The translations under genes and the position numbers were made by a program. The notes beneath the pieces were generated by a model that made no database searches, was not told where the DNA came from, and saw only the letters and a program-made list of their open reading frames with translations. Positions 12,761 through 26,659 of a DNA stretch of 64,000 nt are shown piece by piece (position 1 is the first letter of the stretch; the number at the start of each line of letters is the position of its first letter). The stretch comes from Camelus ferus (Eukaryota): contig NC_045707.1 in assembly GCF_009834535.1 (NCBI RefSeq), positions 48,982,001 to 49,046,000 on the forward strand, read 5' to 3'.

Positions 12761-14032
12761 CCTTTTGCAAAATTTAATGTGGAAAAAGTACTGCATTATT
12801 ATGATGTACCATGTGGTATCCTGATTTGTCATCTTCACTTGACATATCTTTTATTGAGGGGTACAAGAAGAAACCCCACATTGGCTGAGGAAAATTTTTC
12901 TACTTACATCCCACACACAGATTTAAAAATATATTCCTAGAATTTGGCATTTACAGGAACATGTTTCAGTTTAGTAGTTCTAGAAGAAGAGAGCTTTTTT
13001 ACCCCTTGAGCTTAAGAATCTATAACCCTAATACTTCACCGCCAGAGGGCCAACAGAACACACCTTAATTTGGTAAATGGTGGTGGTGGAGAAGCAGTGA
13101 ACAAACATTTGAATTTATTTTGTATGTTTTTTAAAATCGATCACTAGTTTATTATTAAAGGATATAACTCATAAACCGCTCAATGGGAGAGAAGCAGAAG
13201 GCAAGATACTGGGAAAGGGCACAAAGCTTCTCTCTCTTTCTTTACTTTGTATCTTCATCTTTTTACAGTTGACTGCTTTGTTATTTAAAATTATATTTTT
13301 AATTTTTTGCATCATTTGTTTATTGGGTTATAATTTCATTAAAAATTATATTCATTTTTTCACTGAGTCAGGTACAATATAAAAACTTTTCTTCTACAGA
13401 TACAATTATTGCATTAGACTACTCCATCTCAAGACCCATAAATTTCCCATTGAATTATTTGAATTATTATACAACATAGTTGCTATAATGGCACTTGATA
13501 TGTAAAGTATAAGAGGAAAAATACTGAAAACTATTCAGTGTAACAGTGGTTAGAAAAAAGCATCACATTTCTTTCATTGTAAGGAATGGATTAATTCTCA
13601 TGAGACAATTTTATGGATAAAAATGCCTTGTAATGAAGTTCTTTTGACATACTCAGGAATTAAACTTTACAGAAATAAATGTAAACATATTTCAAGTAAA
13701 ATGCTACTTAAAGTGCTCAGTAGAAAATGTCCTCATACATTTATTACTAAACTATGTCTAATTGTAGGTAATGAGTTGACTTTAAAAAACTAAAGACAAT
13801 GACATTTCTGCTTTCATGGACTGTTTCTTAGTAATAATACTGTATTAGAGATAAAATAAACAATAGATAATTATATAATATAAACTTTGCAATTAAAATC
13901 AATGTTTTAACACTAGGGAATATTATTCAGCTTTCTTAGTGTAATAAATACGTCAGAGATGACTCTGGTAAGAAAGACTTGGATTACTTTCTGGGTTGTA
14001 TCGAATTTTATTTGGTTTGATTTCTAACGGAA

Positions 14033-14157
14033 CACATGGGTCAAGTAAAGTAATTATTACATATATTTAATAATTCATGTATTATATGTACATGATACAA
14101 AATACTAAATGTGTGTAATACACATAATACATAATAATTATTTTACTTGACAATGTG
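14033..14157. repeat. AT-rich imperfect inverted repeat (foldback)
   Basis: 14040-14059 matches the reverse complement of 14132-14151 at 19/20; inner arm 14077-14090 matches the reverse complement of 14119-14132 at 13/14; outer cacat/atgtg. Confidence 0.85.
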
Positions 14158-14445
14158 ATGGCCTGATTTGCAAGCATGCTTAAAACGAACAAATAAAGGA
14201 GCAGAGAAATATCTTCTGCTATATATTTTTTCCCCTGTAGTTTTTATTCCTTGATTTCTGGAAGAATTAATCAATATATATATCATCTAATCATCCTTTA
14301 GACCTGTTTTAATGTAATTGCCACAATGCCTAAGATTATTTGTTTATATGATGGTTTCCCTTATAGACCCATGAGCTTCTCGAGGGGGAGACAGTATACT
14401 ATTAATCTCTAAATCTCCATACCCATTTATTGGTGTAGCCTACCC

Positions 14446-14938
14446 TGTTGATGGAAATGACCAATAACCAACCTATAATAAGAAGAGAATTTTATTCTAG
14501 CCAAACTGAGGACTATGGCCCGGGAGACACCCTCTCAGAGAGCTCCAAGGAACTGTTCCAAAGAAGCATGATTTTCAACACTGTTTTATATCTTGTCAGA
14601 ACAAAGAACATCAAACATAACAGGGGTACATTCCTTCAAGGTTTCAAAAAAGGCAGATCAACATGTCCACAGAGAGTCAGTGTGGCTGCCCACCTGTGCA
14701 CCTTGGTAGGGAGTCTTATCATCGAGGGAGTACTGGTACTTACATCCCAGGAAGGAAGATATTTATCTCTGTCTTCAAAATGAACCTTCTTTATTTCTGG
14801 AAAATGTATCCTTTTCTTTAAAGGTTAAAGCAGGTGTACAGTGCATGTTTAATAGGCCACAAAACAGGATGTCCTAGCTAGTACAAAGTTTAAGTTAAAT
14901 CATGTATAAGTCAGAGTCGCTTCCCCATACCTCCATCA
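14446..14938 (-). mobile_element. ERV solo LTR (probably ERV1, laurasiatherian/artiodactyl type), ~493 bp
   Basis: TG...CA termini, flanks accc/gccc (near-TSD), minus-strand AATAAA (tttatt near 14487), motif ttttattctagccaaactgaggactatggcccgggagacaccctctcaga like ungulate LTRs I recall. Confidence 0.8.
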
Positions 14939-15639
14939 GCCCTTAACTTTGTTAAGTTGATTAGACTTCTTTCAGTGATGGTCAGTTTGAGAGTAATGGT
15001 ATAGACTTAATTTTCTCCCCAGCATCCAAAAAGGATGCTTGTTTTCAAGTCACCTAGAAAGTCACACTCTCAGATGGAGAGCAGGCCATTTATCTATCAC
15101 ATGCTGGCAATGCTAGTCCAAGTAATGGCATGTCAGGGCTGCTTTCCTGCTGTCTTTCTTCACCCTACTTGCCAAAGAAAGCTTGAAGGGTCTTATATTT
15201 CACTCAGGCATTTCTACTTGTGTGTGATGTTTACTGTTCTTTGCAGACAGATTCTAACCTAAATACAAAAACACTGAGAATTTATACTGACCATATGATG
15301 TCCGACAGAACATGTTCTAATTTTTCTTCAGTACTTTGTAGCAATAGTGGTATTAATGAGAGGTAACACTGAATAGTTGTGTCAGCAGCTCTTGGAAATA
15401 CTTTATGCATGCTTTAAATCATTTAATGCCTTGCTAAAATTGGCTAAAATGCCTATTCTTTACCTGTAAACTTGAGGTTTGTGTATGTCCTTGTCTAGAG
15501 GTAATGACATACTGAGTATACAGTACTTATCACAATCGAGTTTCCTACTGATAAGAGTTTCCCCACACTCTTTCCATTAATAAAGCTGTTCGTGTTCAGT
15601 GATGGTCATGAATCCAACGTTCACTGCTCTGTCACTGCT

Positions 15640-15870
15640 GGAGCACTTGCTTTAGGCCAGGAACTCCACTAGATGTTTTATGTAAAGCATCTCATTTCAT
15701 TTTCACAGTAACAAGTGGGCTACTAGCATTTCTCCATTTACTATTCTAGGGAAATGAGGCAGAGAAAGATTATGTAACTTGCCTATTGACAACAATCATG
15801 TTGGGATTCAGGCAAGGTACAGTCTGGTAGAGAAAACTGGTGTGTACCTAACCTCTACACTATACTGTTT
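15640..15870 (-). mobile_element. MIR SINE
   Basis: gagcacttgctttaggccaggaactc...tctcatttcattttcacagtaac...ggaaatgaggcagagaaagattatgtaacttgcc. Confidence 0.75.
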
Positions 15871-16864
15871 CCAGAATCCACAAATATACAGTTGATCACT
15901 GATCAAAACTTTCCATTTTTGTATGCTTCAGCAAATAAATTCTGGACGACCTTTAACTGAAAACTTTTTACTTTGATTATACTGTATCATTATTTGGTCA
16001 TTATTCTTTATCAGTACACAAGAATCATTCCTTCTTTCATATGAAATCATCAGACTCAGAATCATTTAGATTAGTTACACAGCATGGGCAAATTAAACTT
16101 CCCCCCTCTGCCTCAGTTTCTGCATCCATCATTATGTATAATTGATCATATTCTCTCTTCCACAGCAATATTGGAATAAAATTGAGGAAAAAAGTTGAGA
16201 AGATAAGGAAATAACTTCAAATAATAATGACCATTTATCTTAGAGTAAAATGAAGAGATTTAGAATATCTTTAAATCTTAGTTCACAGTTAAATTACACA
16301 GTCTTATATATGTTAGGTCACAATATTTTTTAATGTAGGGCTGCTGTTTCAATAACAACTAAAAAAAACCCAAACCAATCCTATCAATGGTATAAGAATT
16401 AAGATAGATTTTATATAACAACATGTTTTAATTGAGAAGGTTTTTTTGACTGAATTGATACCCATATGAACTTTGCTGATTTCTTAGCAGTTCTTTGAAA
16501 AACATGAGCTTTTACTGAATCATTCATAAATAAGCAGGTGATCCTTATGAGTTATTGCACACAATTTGAATTAGAATAGCCACTTAATTTAGTTTATAAA
16601 ACAATTAACTTTTGCACATATATATTAGGTCATATATATTTGTTATGGTCATAATCATTATTTATGAGAGTTTGAATTTACTTTGTTACTGTGTTATGTA
16701 AAATAATTTATAATTAAGTATGAGTAAGCTTGCTTACCATTTGTGTTCAGTTTTAGTTATCTCAGAATGTTACAAGATTATTTTATAAAATGTAATTTGG
16801 GTAATCACAGGCAAAAGCCTGCTTTGTTGCGGGCTACATGTAGCCAGAAAAAGTAAAAGCAGTA

Positions 16865-17017
16865 AAGCTTTATGGTTAAAAGTGAGGATGCTGGTCTCAA
16901 AACCCAGGTGATTCAAATACCAGCTCTATAACTTACTAATCCTCTCACAATGAGCAAATCCATTCTGCCTTGATTGTCTTATTTTAAAATGGGGTTAATG
17001 ATTATACCCATCTCCTA
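16865..17017 (+). mobile_element. MIR SINE 5' part, abutting an L1MC insertion
   Basis: tggttaaaagtgagg...ttcaaataccagctctataacttacta...ttttaaaatggggttaatgattata. Confidence 0.7.
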
Positions 17018-18412
17018 GTTTTTTTTAAATTAAACATTTAAAAAATTTTGAGATAATTACAGATTTACATGTAGAAGTAAGAAATAATACAGAGAGGTCT
17101 CATGTTCTCTTTACTCAGTTCCCCCAATCATAATGTCTAGCAAAATGTAGTATACTATCACAGCCAGGATATTGGTATTGATACAGTCAAGATGCAGAAC
17201 ATTTTCATCTGGACCCCTCATATTGCACTTTTATAGCCACATGCATTTCCCTCCCACCTTCACTCCTTCCTTAATTCTTGTCCATCACTAACCAGTTCTT
17301 GATTTTTGCAATTTTGTCATTTCAAAAATGGTACATACATGAAATCACACAGTATTTGTATTGATTTAGGTAGTTGACTATCAGTAGCTTGTTGCTTTTT
17401 ATTACTTATTAGTATTCTATGATATACATATACTACAGGTTAACCATTGTTCATTGAAAGATATTTGCATTGTTTTCAGTTCAGGGCTATTACAAATAAA
17501 GGTGCTATAAACATATGTATACAGGTTTTTATATAAATATGTTTTTAAAATTTTTTCTCTAGGGTAAATGCCCAGAATGTAATTTCTAGGTCATATGGTA
17601 CTTGCTTATTTTTTTTTTAAATGAAATTGCCAAACTCTTTTTCAGAGTGGCTATTACATTTCCACCAGCAATGTATAAGTGACCCACCTTTTTAACATCT
17701 TTTTTTGCTGTCATTTTATTTCGTCATTCTGATAGGTGTGTAGGGGTATCTCATTGTGGTTTTCATTTGCATTCCCCTGATGGTTAATAATGTTTAGCAT
17801 CATTTTATGTGCTGATTCACCATCTGTATTTATTATTTGGTGAAATGTCTCTTCATATCTTTGCTTATTTTCTAATTAGACTGTCTTTCTACTACTGAGT
17901 TTTGAGAGCTCTTTATATTTTTTAGATACTAGTCCTTTGTCATATACATGGTGTGCAAATATGTTCTCCATGAAATGCTCTGTTAAAAGCATAAGAAGAT
18001 GAGCATTTCACACAACAAAAGTTTTAAATTGTGATGAGGTCCAGTTTAAGAATCTTCTTTGTTAGGGGTTATGCTTTTAGTGTCAAACCTAATAACTCTG
18101 TCTAGTCTTACATCACAGATTTTCGCTCATGCATAAAAGTTTTACATTTTATACGTTAAGTTCATAATCTAGTTTGAGATCCACATTTTTAAACTTCCTT
18201 TTAGACTCCCTCTTTGATCCATTGATTATTTAGAAATGTGTTGTTTAGTTTCAGAGAATTAAGAAATTGAAAATTTTTCTTTCTCTAATTTCAACTTGAT
18301 TCCATTGTGTTTGGAAGAAACACTGTAAGATTTCAGATTTTCTATTTGTGGAAGATTGTTCTATGGCATAGTATATTGTCTACCTTGGTATATCACACAG
18401 GCACTTGAAAAG
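17018..18412 (-). mobile_element. L1MC-type LINE-1 (3' UTR plus ORF2 remnants), truncated
   Basis: Antisense L1MC 3' end (ttttgagataattacagatttacatgtagaagtaagaaataatacagagagg...gatacagtcaagatgcagaacatttt), then antisense ORF2 (ctcattgtggttttcatttgcattccc...). Confidence 0.9.
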
Positions 18413-18667
18413 GCTGGCTCTTGAGCTCCTTATTCTGACTTTTTTGAAAGCTCAAACTTAGACATAATGAGTATGAACATAAATTTATTTTATCAGAATT
18501 TCTCAGTTTATTTTATTTCTTCTGTTTTTGGTTGTTTTGTGATAGAAAAAAGAATTAATTAAATTAAATATTTAATTAATCAAATGCAATAAATAAAACC
18601 TTCGATTATATTTTATATAATATATATATAGGCTGTTGTTAGCTAAGAAATTTGAGTCACAAACTCA

Positions 18668-18930
18668 CTTTATTCACTCATTCAACAACTATTTCTAAAG
18701 TGCCTATTACTGGGCCTTGAGGATACTAGTGTGAGTCAAACTCTACCAGTTTGGTGAATGGACCAAGCATTGATCAAATAACCATGATAGGGAATGTAAA
18801 AACCTGAGGCATTATCCTCAGATGGACAGGAACTTAGTTCCAAGAAAGCATGTAACATAGAAATATCTTCCAGTCAGGAAAGTCTTGCTGAGAAATATCT
18901 GAAGAATAAGCAGGAGATACATTCTGGTAT
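18668..18930 (-). mobile_element. L2 3' fragment
   Basis: tttattcactcattcaacaactatttctaaagtgcctatt...tgaggatactagtgtgag. Confidence 0.6.
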
Positions 18931-20359
18931 AACTAATTTTACAGGGAGAACTTTGCTTAACTTAGAGCACTGCTTCTCAAAGTGAGCTCAAGATGGTAAG
19001 TCATCATCGGCGATGGTAAGGGGACTTTGATGGGCGGTGAAGAGATCACTTTGATAACACAGTATTAAATATTTCTTTGGGATTTGTTTCAGCTGCTGCT
19101 GCTGGTCAGATTTCTCACACAAATCTCAGACAAGCACTTCCTTCCTGTTTCTCCCATTTGGCCAAGAGTTAGCTCACATCCTTATAAAATGTTTTTTCTG
19201 CAGAGATTGCTTCAGAAGGCTTAAGGTCTTATGACTATTTCCTCTGTCATCCATCCTTTCATTAGCTCCCACCTTCTAAAATTGAAAACGGTTGAGTGTT
19301 TCCAAATATTAAGGAGCCCATGTGATTTTTTCCCCTTGGTTTTGTGCATGTGTGTATGATGGAGTGGTAATTATTGTACAGGACAAAATGGCCTTACTGT
19401 ATATGCTAGGTTTATTGGAAGGGGGATAGGAAATATGACAAGAAGTTATAATCAGAGAAGAAAACAAATAAACACAAATATAGATCATTAAATTCAAACT
19501 CTGCTGTTATATTTCTCTTTTCAGAGTATGTTCTCACAATATTTTCTTGCCAAGGATGTATTAGATATATTCATAAGTCTTCACCAAACAGTGTTTTCCT
19601 GAAATGTTCTTCCTTTCAAAAACCAAAAAGATGCATCTCCGTTAGGACCTTTGACGTCAAACTGCAGAAGCTCCCCTTCAAAGGTGAAAGGAAGTTTCAT
19701 TTCAACTTCCATCTTTACTTGTTTACAACATCCTGAGAAATTTGTTTGGATTTGAAACTTTACAGCCTTAGTCTTATGAGACATGTTATTTTTCATTTGT
19801 TCCACTTTCTGTCTCTACCATTTCTCCCCCAACACCCCCATTTTAGAAAGAGTAAATTAAATTGGCTCAGTTATTTTTGAGTTATGAGACAGCAAAAAAT
19901 ATTTTTTTCCTCCTCTTAAAAATTGCTTGAAGCTTTATTTGTACTGGTTTAACTCAAAGGTAGATTTAAACTTCATTCTTGGCAGTATTTTAAGAGGGAA
20001 AAAAATCAAGCCAAATTTTTAAAAAGCTTATACAATCTAAAGCTTAATACATAAGTACTTTATCCTGAATTTTTGTTATCCAACTACATTATGTACATTT
20101 TCATGTAAAAGTACAAGTACACAAAGAGAATATGATAATTTTATTTACTTTGGTTAAATAAAATAACCACTGACTATCTGCTATATAGAAAGGCCCCAAA
20201 AACCAGGAGGAAAAAAAAAAGAGATAAGTAAGAGTTCCTCCCTGCTGCATAAAGTATATAAAATTGAAGTACAGGATTATTATAGCACAAGGCGGGGGTA
20301 TAAACAAAATTTTATGGGAGTTCAGAGAAGAAATAGATCCCAGTCAGACTGAAATTCTA

Positions 20360-21075
20360 CCACAACCATCCGACTCCAAACAGCTATCCTTTACTGTTTG
20401 GACCAAAGCAATAGCCTCCTGACTCATCAGGCTGATTCCAGTCCTGTTTCTTTTAATCCAGCATTTCCAAGTGCCCAGATTGATTTTTTTTTGAAAATCT
20501 AAATCCAATTATATCACACCTTTGCTTAAAAATTTCTCCTTTTTGCTCATCACACAGAATGCAGTCCAAATTCCTCACTACACCCCACAAGCTCGCACAT
20601 AATCCGGCCCCTGCCACCCTCTCTTTCAGTTCCATAAACACGCCAGGCTCCTTCCCGCCTTCGACTCTTGGCCCTTGCTGCTTTCTGAGTTTGGAATCTT
20701 TTCTCCAAAATCTTGCCTTGACTTGCTCCTTCACATACTTCATTTCATGCTTCAGATCAAATATGCATATAAAGTATTGAGAGTAATACCTGGCACTTAG
20801 CGAGCATTGTGGATGTGCTTGCTTATCTCATGTAAACTTTCCACCACATTAAAAACAAATGAGATATTACTTGGTGTTACCTCCTCAACACTTCATAATA
20901 TATAACACATAGGCTTTTAAATTATCATTAGTATTATTTGTCTGCTGGTTTTATTATTTGTCTCCCCTTACTAGTTCCTAAGCTGCACATGTCAACAACT
21001 TTGTTAGTTTTGCTTTCATTTGAATTTCTAGGACCTACAGTAGCGTTTGGCACATTGTGGTCACTTAATAAAAAT
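20360..21075 (+). mobile_element. L2 (L2a-like) 3' region
   Basis: gcaatagcctcctgact...cagaatgcagtccaaattcctcac...ccaggctccttcccgcct...ctaggacctacagtagcgtttggcacattgtggtcacttaataaa. Confidence 0.8.
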
Positions 21076-21407
21076 ATGCCACATCAACTTTTTAAATAAG
21101 AGATTAATAAAAGTTTAATTATTTCAGTTTGTTTTAAAATGAGGAATCTTCTTTAGACAAAGAGCATGTACTGTATGTTACTTGTTTTGGCTCTAAAACT
21201 GTGTTTGTGCTAGGAGTAAGAACGGAAGGTAGAGATTTATTTTAGACTATAGATGATGCAATGATCCCTGTGAAGATAACCCCTGACTCATAATGCTCCT
21301 TCATAAAGCCCCTGCCCTCCATCCCCAGTCTAATACTAGAACTGTATGTCTCTAGAGCTGAAGTTTTTGGAAGGGTTTAGATTTTAATTATCTCCCCCCA
21401 CCCCAGC

Positions 21408-21460
21408 TTTTTTGCAGTATGATAGACAAACAAAAATTGTATACAATTAAGGTGTACAAC
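21408..21460 (-). mobile_element. Very short L1MA-type 3' end fragment
   Basis: ttttttgcagtatgatagacaaacaaaaattgtatacaattaaggtgtacaac resembles the antisense L1MA terminus. Confidence 0.6.
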
Positions 21461-22281
21461 CCAGTTTTTTGAGATGACTCACATGTAGAGTCTCCTGTCA
21501 TTGAACAAGGCCTGCTGTATTTCTGGCAGAAGTCACGTTCAAGTAAATACTGTCACAGAAAGTATAGGAAGCGGGCTTGTTGAGACAGGACAGATTTTCT
21601 TTCACTGGCTCTAGGCAGTGTGGAACTGCTGACTTCAGATAACACTCTTGCTGAGAGGCCTGAAGAAGAACCACACTGTACCACACGAAAACAGTGTCAC
21701 AGCCTCACTATCCAACACTTCTGCAATGGCATTCTAACCTTTACGATCGGTTACTGGATTCTGTGTTGACCATGTTTAGACAGTGTGTCTACATTTGTAG
21801 GTTACAGAGAAAGGGGCTCAGTAAAGTGACAAAGAAACAAGGACAACAGGAGTCAAAAGGACGAGACGGGGATCCAGCTCTGCCACTTACCAGCTGTGTG
21901 GCTTTGGAAAAGTTACTGCAACTCAACTGTATCGATGGGTAATAGGCATTTTCTTTTACAATATCCAAAGGTTTTTTCCTTTAGTCTTGCACATAACATG
22001 GTAGCAGAGCCTTCAGGAAGTCAGTCTAAAATATAATTGTGTGTTGTGATAAATAGCAATTTTGTAATACTGTTTTCCTTTGCTTCTGAAAGCTCATCTT
22101 TAGGGCTCTGCTTGCTTTTTAATTGTATGTGTCTGTTAAAGTGAGGGAAGTGTGTTTTGCTTTTGAAAATAAAGATCCTCAGTTTTTTTTTTCCAAAGCT
22201 ATTCAGCAGTTTAAAAACCTATTTAAATATTCACTAAGCAAGATAAGAAGAATCAAATGCTCATGGTACTTTATGAAGGTA

Positions 22282-23099
22282 CAGTAGTCCCCCCTTATCT
22301 GTAGTTTCATTTTCCACAGTTTCAGTTACGAGCAGTCAACCATGGTCCAAAAATATTACATGGAAAATTCCAGAAATAAACAATTCGTGAGTTTAAAATT
22401 GCACACTGTTCTCAGTAGAGTGATAACATATGCCGTCTGTTTCCATCTTGCCCGGAATGTGAACCATCCCTTTGTCCAGCATATCCTACCTGTTAGTCAC
22501 TTAGTAGGTATCTCAGTTATCAGATCTCCTGTGGTGGTACTGCTGCACTTGGGTTCACGTAACACTTACTTTACTCAATGATTGCCCTAAATCGCAGGAG
22601 GAGTGAGGCTAACAATTAGAATATGCCGAAGAGAGGCTGTAAACTGCTTCCTTTAAATGAAAAGATGAAAGTTCTGGAATTAATAAGAACAGAAAACAAG
22701 CATATTCTGAGGTCCCTAAGATCTACATTAAGAACAGATTCTCTATACATGGAATTGTGAAGAAGGAAGAAGAAATTCATGCTACTTCTGCCGTTGCACC
22801 TCAAACTGCAAAGTTATGACTGCAGTGTGTGGTAAGTGCTTAGTTAAGGTGGAAAAGGCATTAAATTTGTACAAGATATTTTTAGAGAGAGACCACATTC
22901 ACATAACTTTTTCACAGTGTATTGTTGTCATTGTTCTATTTTCTTATAGTTACTAATCTCTCACTGTGCTTAATTCATAAATTAAACTTCATCATAGTTA
23001 TGTATATATAGGAAAAACACACATATACATATTTATTCATGGCTTCAGGCATTCCTTGGGCATCTTGGAACATATCCCCCAGATAAGGCGGTACTACTG
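22282..23099 (+). mobile_element. MER44/Tigger7-family Tc1-mariner (pogo) DNA transposon with both termini
   Basis: TIRs cagtagtccccccttatct / agataaggcggtactactg (17/19 complementary), TA duplications at 22280-22281 and 23100-23101, internal frameshifted transposase N-terminus from ATG 22623 (MPKRGCKLLPLNEKMKVLELIR...). Confidence 0.9.
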
Positions 23100-24390
23100 T
23101 ACTTTTGAATCAAGCTCACAGAATCACAGCTGATTCATAGCCAATCTTGCATTGTTTAGATTTTAGACTCTAAAATGCTGAAAACATTGACAGCATGGCA
23201 AAGTATTATCATCTCTAGTGGAAAATTTGGGTTATTTTTCTATAAAACACATAATATGAACACCTTGGTTTACTGCTACCTTAAAATGAAATCCTCATGT
23301 GTAATAATTTCGTAAGACTTAAAAGAGCTGAAGTTATACAGTTCATTTTCTTAAACTACTATAGTTATGAAGTGAAATCTATGGTGAAACTTGACTATGA
23401 TTTGATTTAAAGTATCAATGATTTTGCCAGTCCCAGATTAAGGTAATTTTTTAAAGACAGTAATTCAATTATTTGTAGATTATTTTTGTTACATTTTAAA
23501 AGATAAGATGTTTGGTAGTTGATATTAATACTTCTTTTTATTGTACTCTAGAAATAGAAATACAACTGTTCCTTCAAATAACACATTTTATACCCACTGA
23601 GAGTAAGGTTATATGTTGTATTTAAGTAAAATTTACAAGCAATTAATAACACTGTTCTTAAAAATGAAAGTAATAATTATGATTGCTAGATGTTATATTC
23701 AAGTCCTTTTGATAGAGGGAACAATAAAATGTCAATTGTAAGATTTTGATACATATTCTTTTAATATTGAAGTAAAGGGAACAAAAATACAAATGTCAAG
23801 AATACTCCAAATTTTCAGATAAGGTTTAAAAGTGACCAAATCTGCTTGTAAAAAGCCCTTATTAATATTTGTCTTGTACAATGATATGCCTAAGGGGACA
23901 GGGCACTCTGACATACAAAAGTTATTCTAGGAATATTTGCATTCAGAGTTTTACTCGTTTTGTTCATTCATTATGCTATATTGAATGCTTATATTCCTCG
24001 TGCAGGAGAGGTTAAGGGGATAGAGTTACAAAAGTTTTGAATTAACAGTAATCTGGGGGCTAAAGTTGGGACAAAAAGTTACTTGGGACATTAGGAAGAA
24101 TCATTGCCATAAATGAATTATCTCTGATCTGCGTATCAAGTTCAGTTTCTGTGATGAAACAAACGGTTTTTCAACCTTGCCACATTCTTCTTCCTTCTTA
24201 TTTCCTTTCAGCTCCAAGAATGTATTTGATTTGTGAAAAATCTAGTGGCAAAGACATTTATACAAAATTGTCTGTAGTATCTTAGTTGCTAAAAGGTCTG
24301 ATAGGAACCATTTCATAGAGAAAGAAACAATCTTCAATGAATGTTGTTTTTGCTCCCCTCTCCAACGTCTTTGGACTGTGTAAAATATTC

Positions 24391-24422
24391 AAAAAAAGCA
24401 AAAAAAAAAAAAAAAAAAAAAA
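24391..24422. repeat. A-rich run / poly(A)
   Basis: Directly visible; no attached retrocopy recognised. Confidence 0.9.
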
Positions 24423-25629
24423 CCCCACCAAAAAACCCAAAAAACTATACATGGTAAATACCACAATATACTTTATATTTCATTTCAACTTAAATCTGTA
24501 CTCTGATATGTGGATTTTCTTCTATCCCATGTTACCTCTTAGACATAAAATATTGTCATATACAGATTAGGAACAGAGAATATTGGGCTCTTGTCCTAGA
24601 ACTATTGTTTTTACATACACATACACAGCTAAGTAGAAATTTTAAATAGATAATGTAGTCTCTTCTGGGGCTCAAGTAATTTAAAAAAATCAATTTATTA
24701 AAAAAAAAATGAGTGCCTATCCTTTACAAGATCCTGTAATTTAGTTAATGAAATATGATGACCTTAAAAGGAAAGCATTTTTCCCCCACAAAGGACGAAT
24801 CTATCCAAGAAGACTGGACATGAATACAGTAATTAAAAATAATACGATAGTTAAAACATACAAAGCACATAATATGTAATTGAATTGATAATTACTCTGA
24901 GCCCAATAAACAGTCCCAGATTCCTGAGTATTTCCCTTAGGTCTGAATGTTCAACCCTGTTTAGAGATGAAAACTAAGTGCCTCAGTCACACTCCCACTT
25001 ACAGTAGTCAAAACAAGAGATCCTCTCCTTAGCTCAGCTTACTCCATCCTCAATGTGTCTCTTCTGGTCTGAACTCAATCTCTCAGAAAGAAAAGGGAAA
25101 GTCTTTCTCTTAAAATCCCAAACCCTTACCACTTTGTCCTTTTGAACTCTAAATCCATAATCAGTGAGCTTTTTAAAATTCTTAGTCTCTTCTCTGATTG
25201 TTTCTTTCACATCAGTGTTTTTATTGAAACTGAGCTGTCCCCTGAGGAAACTGCTTCTCTTCAAATGGAATCAGAGCTGTTTTTCTTTTCCTCTTGCCTA
25301 TCATGTTCCTCAGGGCCAGGAGGGGAAGGGGACATCCTCCTTGCTCTATGTTGACAGTTTCCAAACATAACAACCTCTTCCTTCTGCCGACTCCTTGCTC
25401 ATCTGAAGCATGTGCTCAGGTTACACCACCCACTCCTGTACCCTCATTGCTCTACCCACCAATCTCTTGTCCAGCCCTCCATTCATTCAGTGTTAGCTCT
25501 GCTTTCAAGTGTCTTCAGAACAATTACTTTCTGTTCTTACCAAAATCTCTAATCCACTACTTTCTTATTATTCACCAGTTCTCACCCGTCTTCACTTTCT
25601 GCATTGTCTGGTAGAGATGTTATAATCCA

Positions 25630-25910
<281 letters not shown>

Positions 25911-26659
25911 TGCTAATTCCTCAATTCCCTTATCTGCTTCCTTCTTGCCATTGTTCTAACCTGCACAGCCCTGACACTGGAGGAAACCCAGCCATGTCTT
26001 CTCCCTGTGGCACCCAGACAGGTGAACATTGCTCGAGTAAACAACACAACTATTCAGACTGATTTTACTTTCCATTAAATCATGTTCTCTAGTGGGCACT
26101 CAGGACTGCTGTCCAGCTTATTATGTTTTTCTTCAGGGTTAACTTCCCCCTCTTCAAGACAACTATTTCATCTCTCGCACTCGCCTCCCCAAACTTCTCT
26201 CTCTTTCTGTTGACTTCACTTCAAACATCATTTAGAATAGGTCATCCAGAAAGGAAACTTCCTTATTTTCATACACAGAAATCTGTGAACATATGCGCCT
26301 TGAAGCTTTTTGACTTCCCTCCACTGTATTTCTAATAAAGTATATGGAGAAATTCCAGCAAAATTCTTCCCAGAATTCCCTCTAATCCCACTAGTCAGGA
26401 ATGGGTTTCATGGCCACCTTAGCTCCAAGGGAGTCTGGAAAATTAGGTAACAAGATTTCTGTGTTCGTTTAGATAAATCATAATTTATAACCTTCTTTAT
26501 TTTTGCTTAAACGAGAGTTAAACTCTTAATTAAAGACAAATGAAATCATTTTACTAACCAGGGGCTATTAGTGAAGTTTTGATATTTTAATATTAACAGA
26601 GAAAAATTATAAAATTCCACATGGCTTAATATTATGCATGGGGTTATAAAAGTTACACT

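Noticed and set aside
14448..14783. 111-aa ORF
   Set aside because: Lies wholly within a solo LTR; no retroviral protein motifs.
21615..21769. Plus-strand acceptor followed by an open frame (SVELLTSDNTLAERPEEEPH...)
   Set aside because: No recognisable homology, no convincing donor or poly(A) signal; too weak to call.
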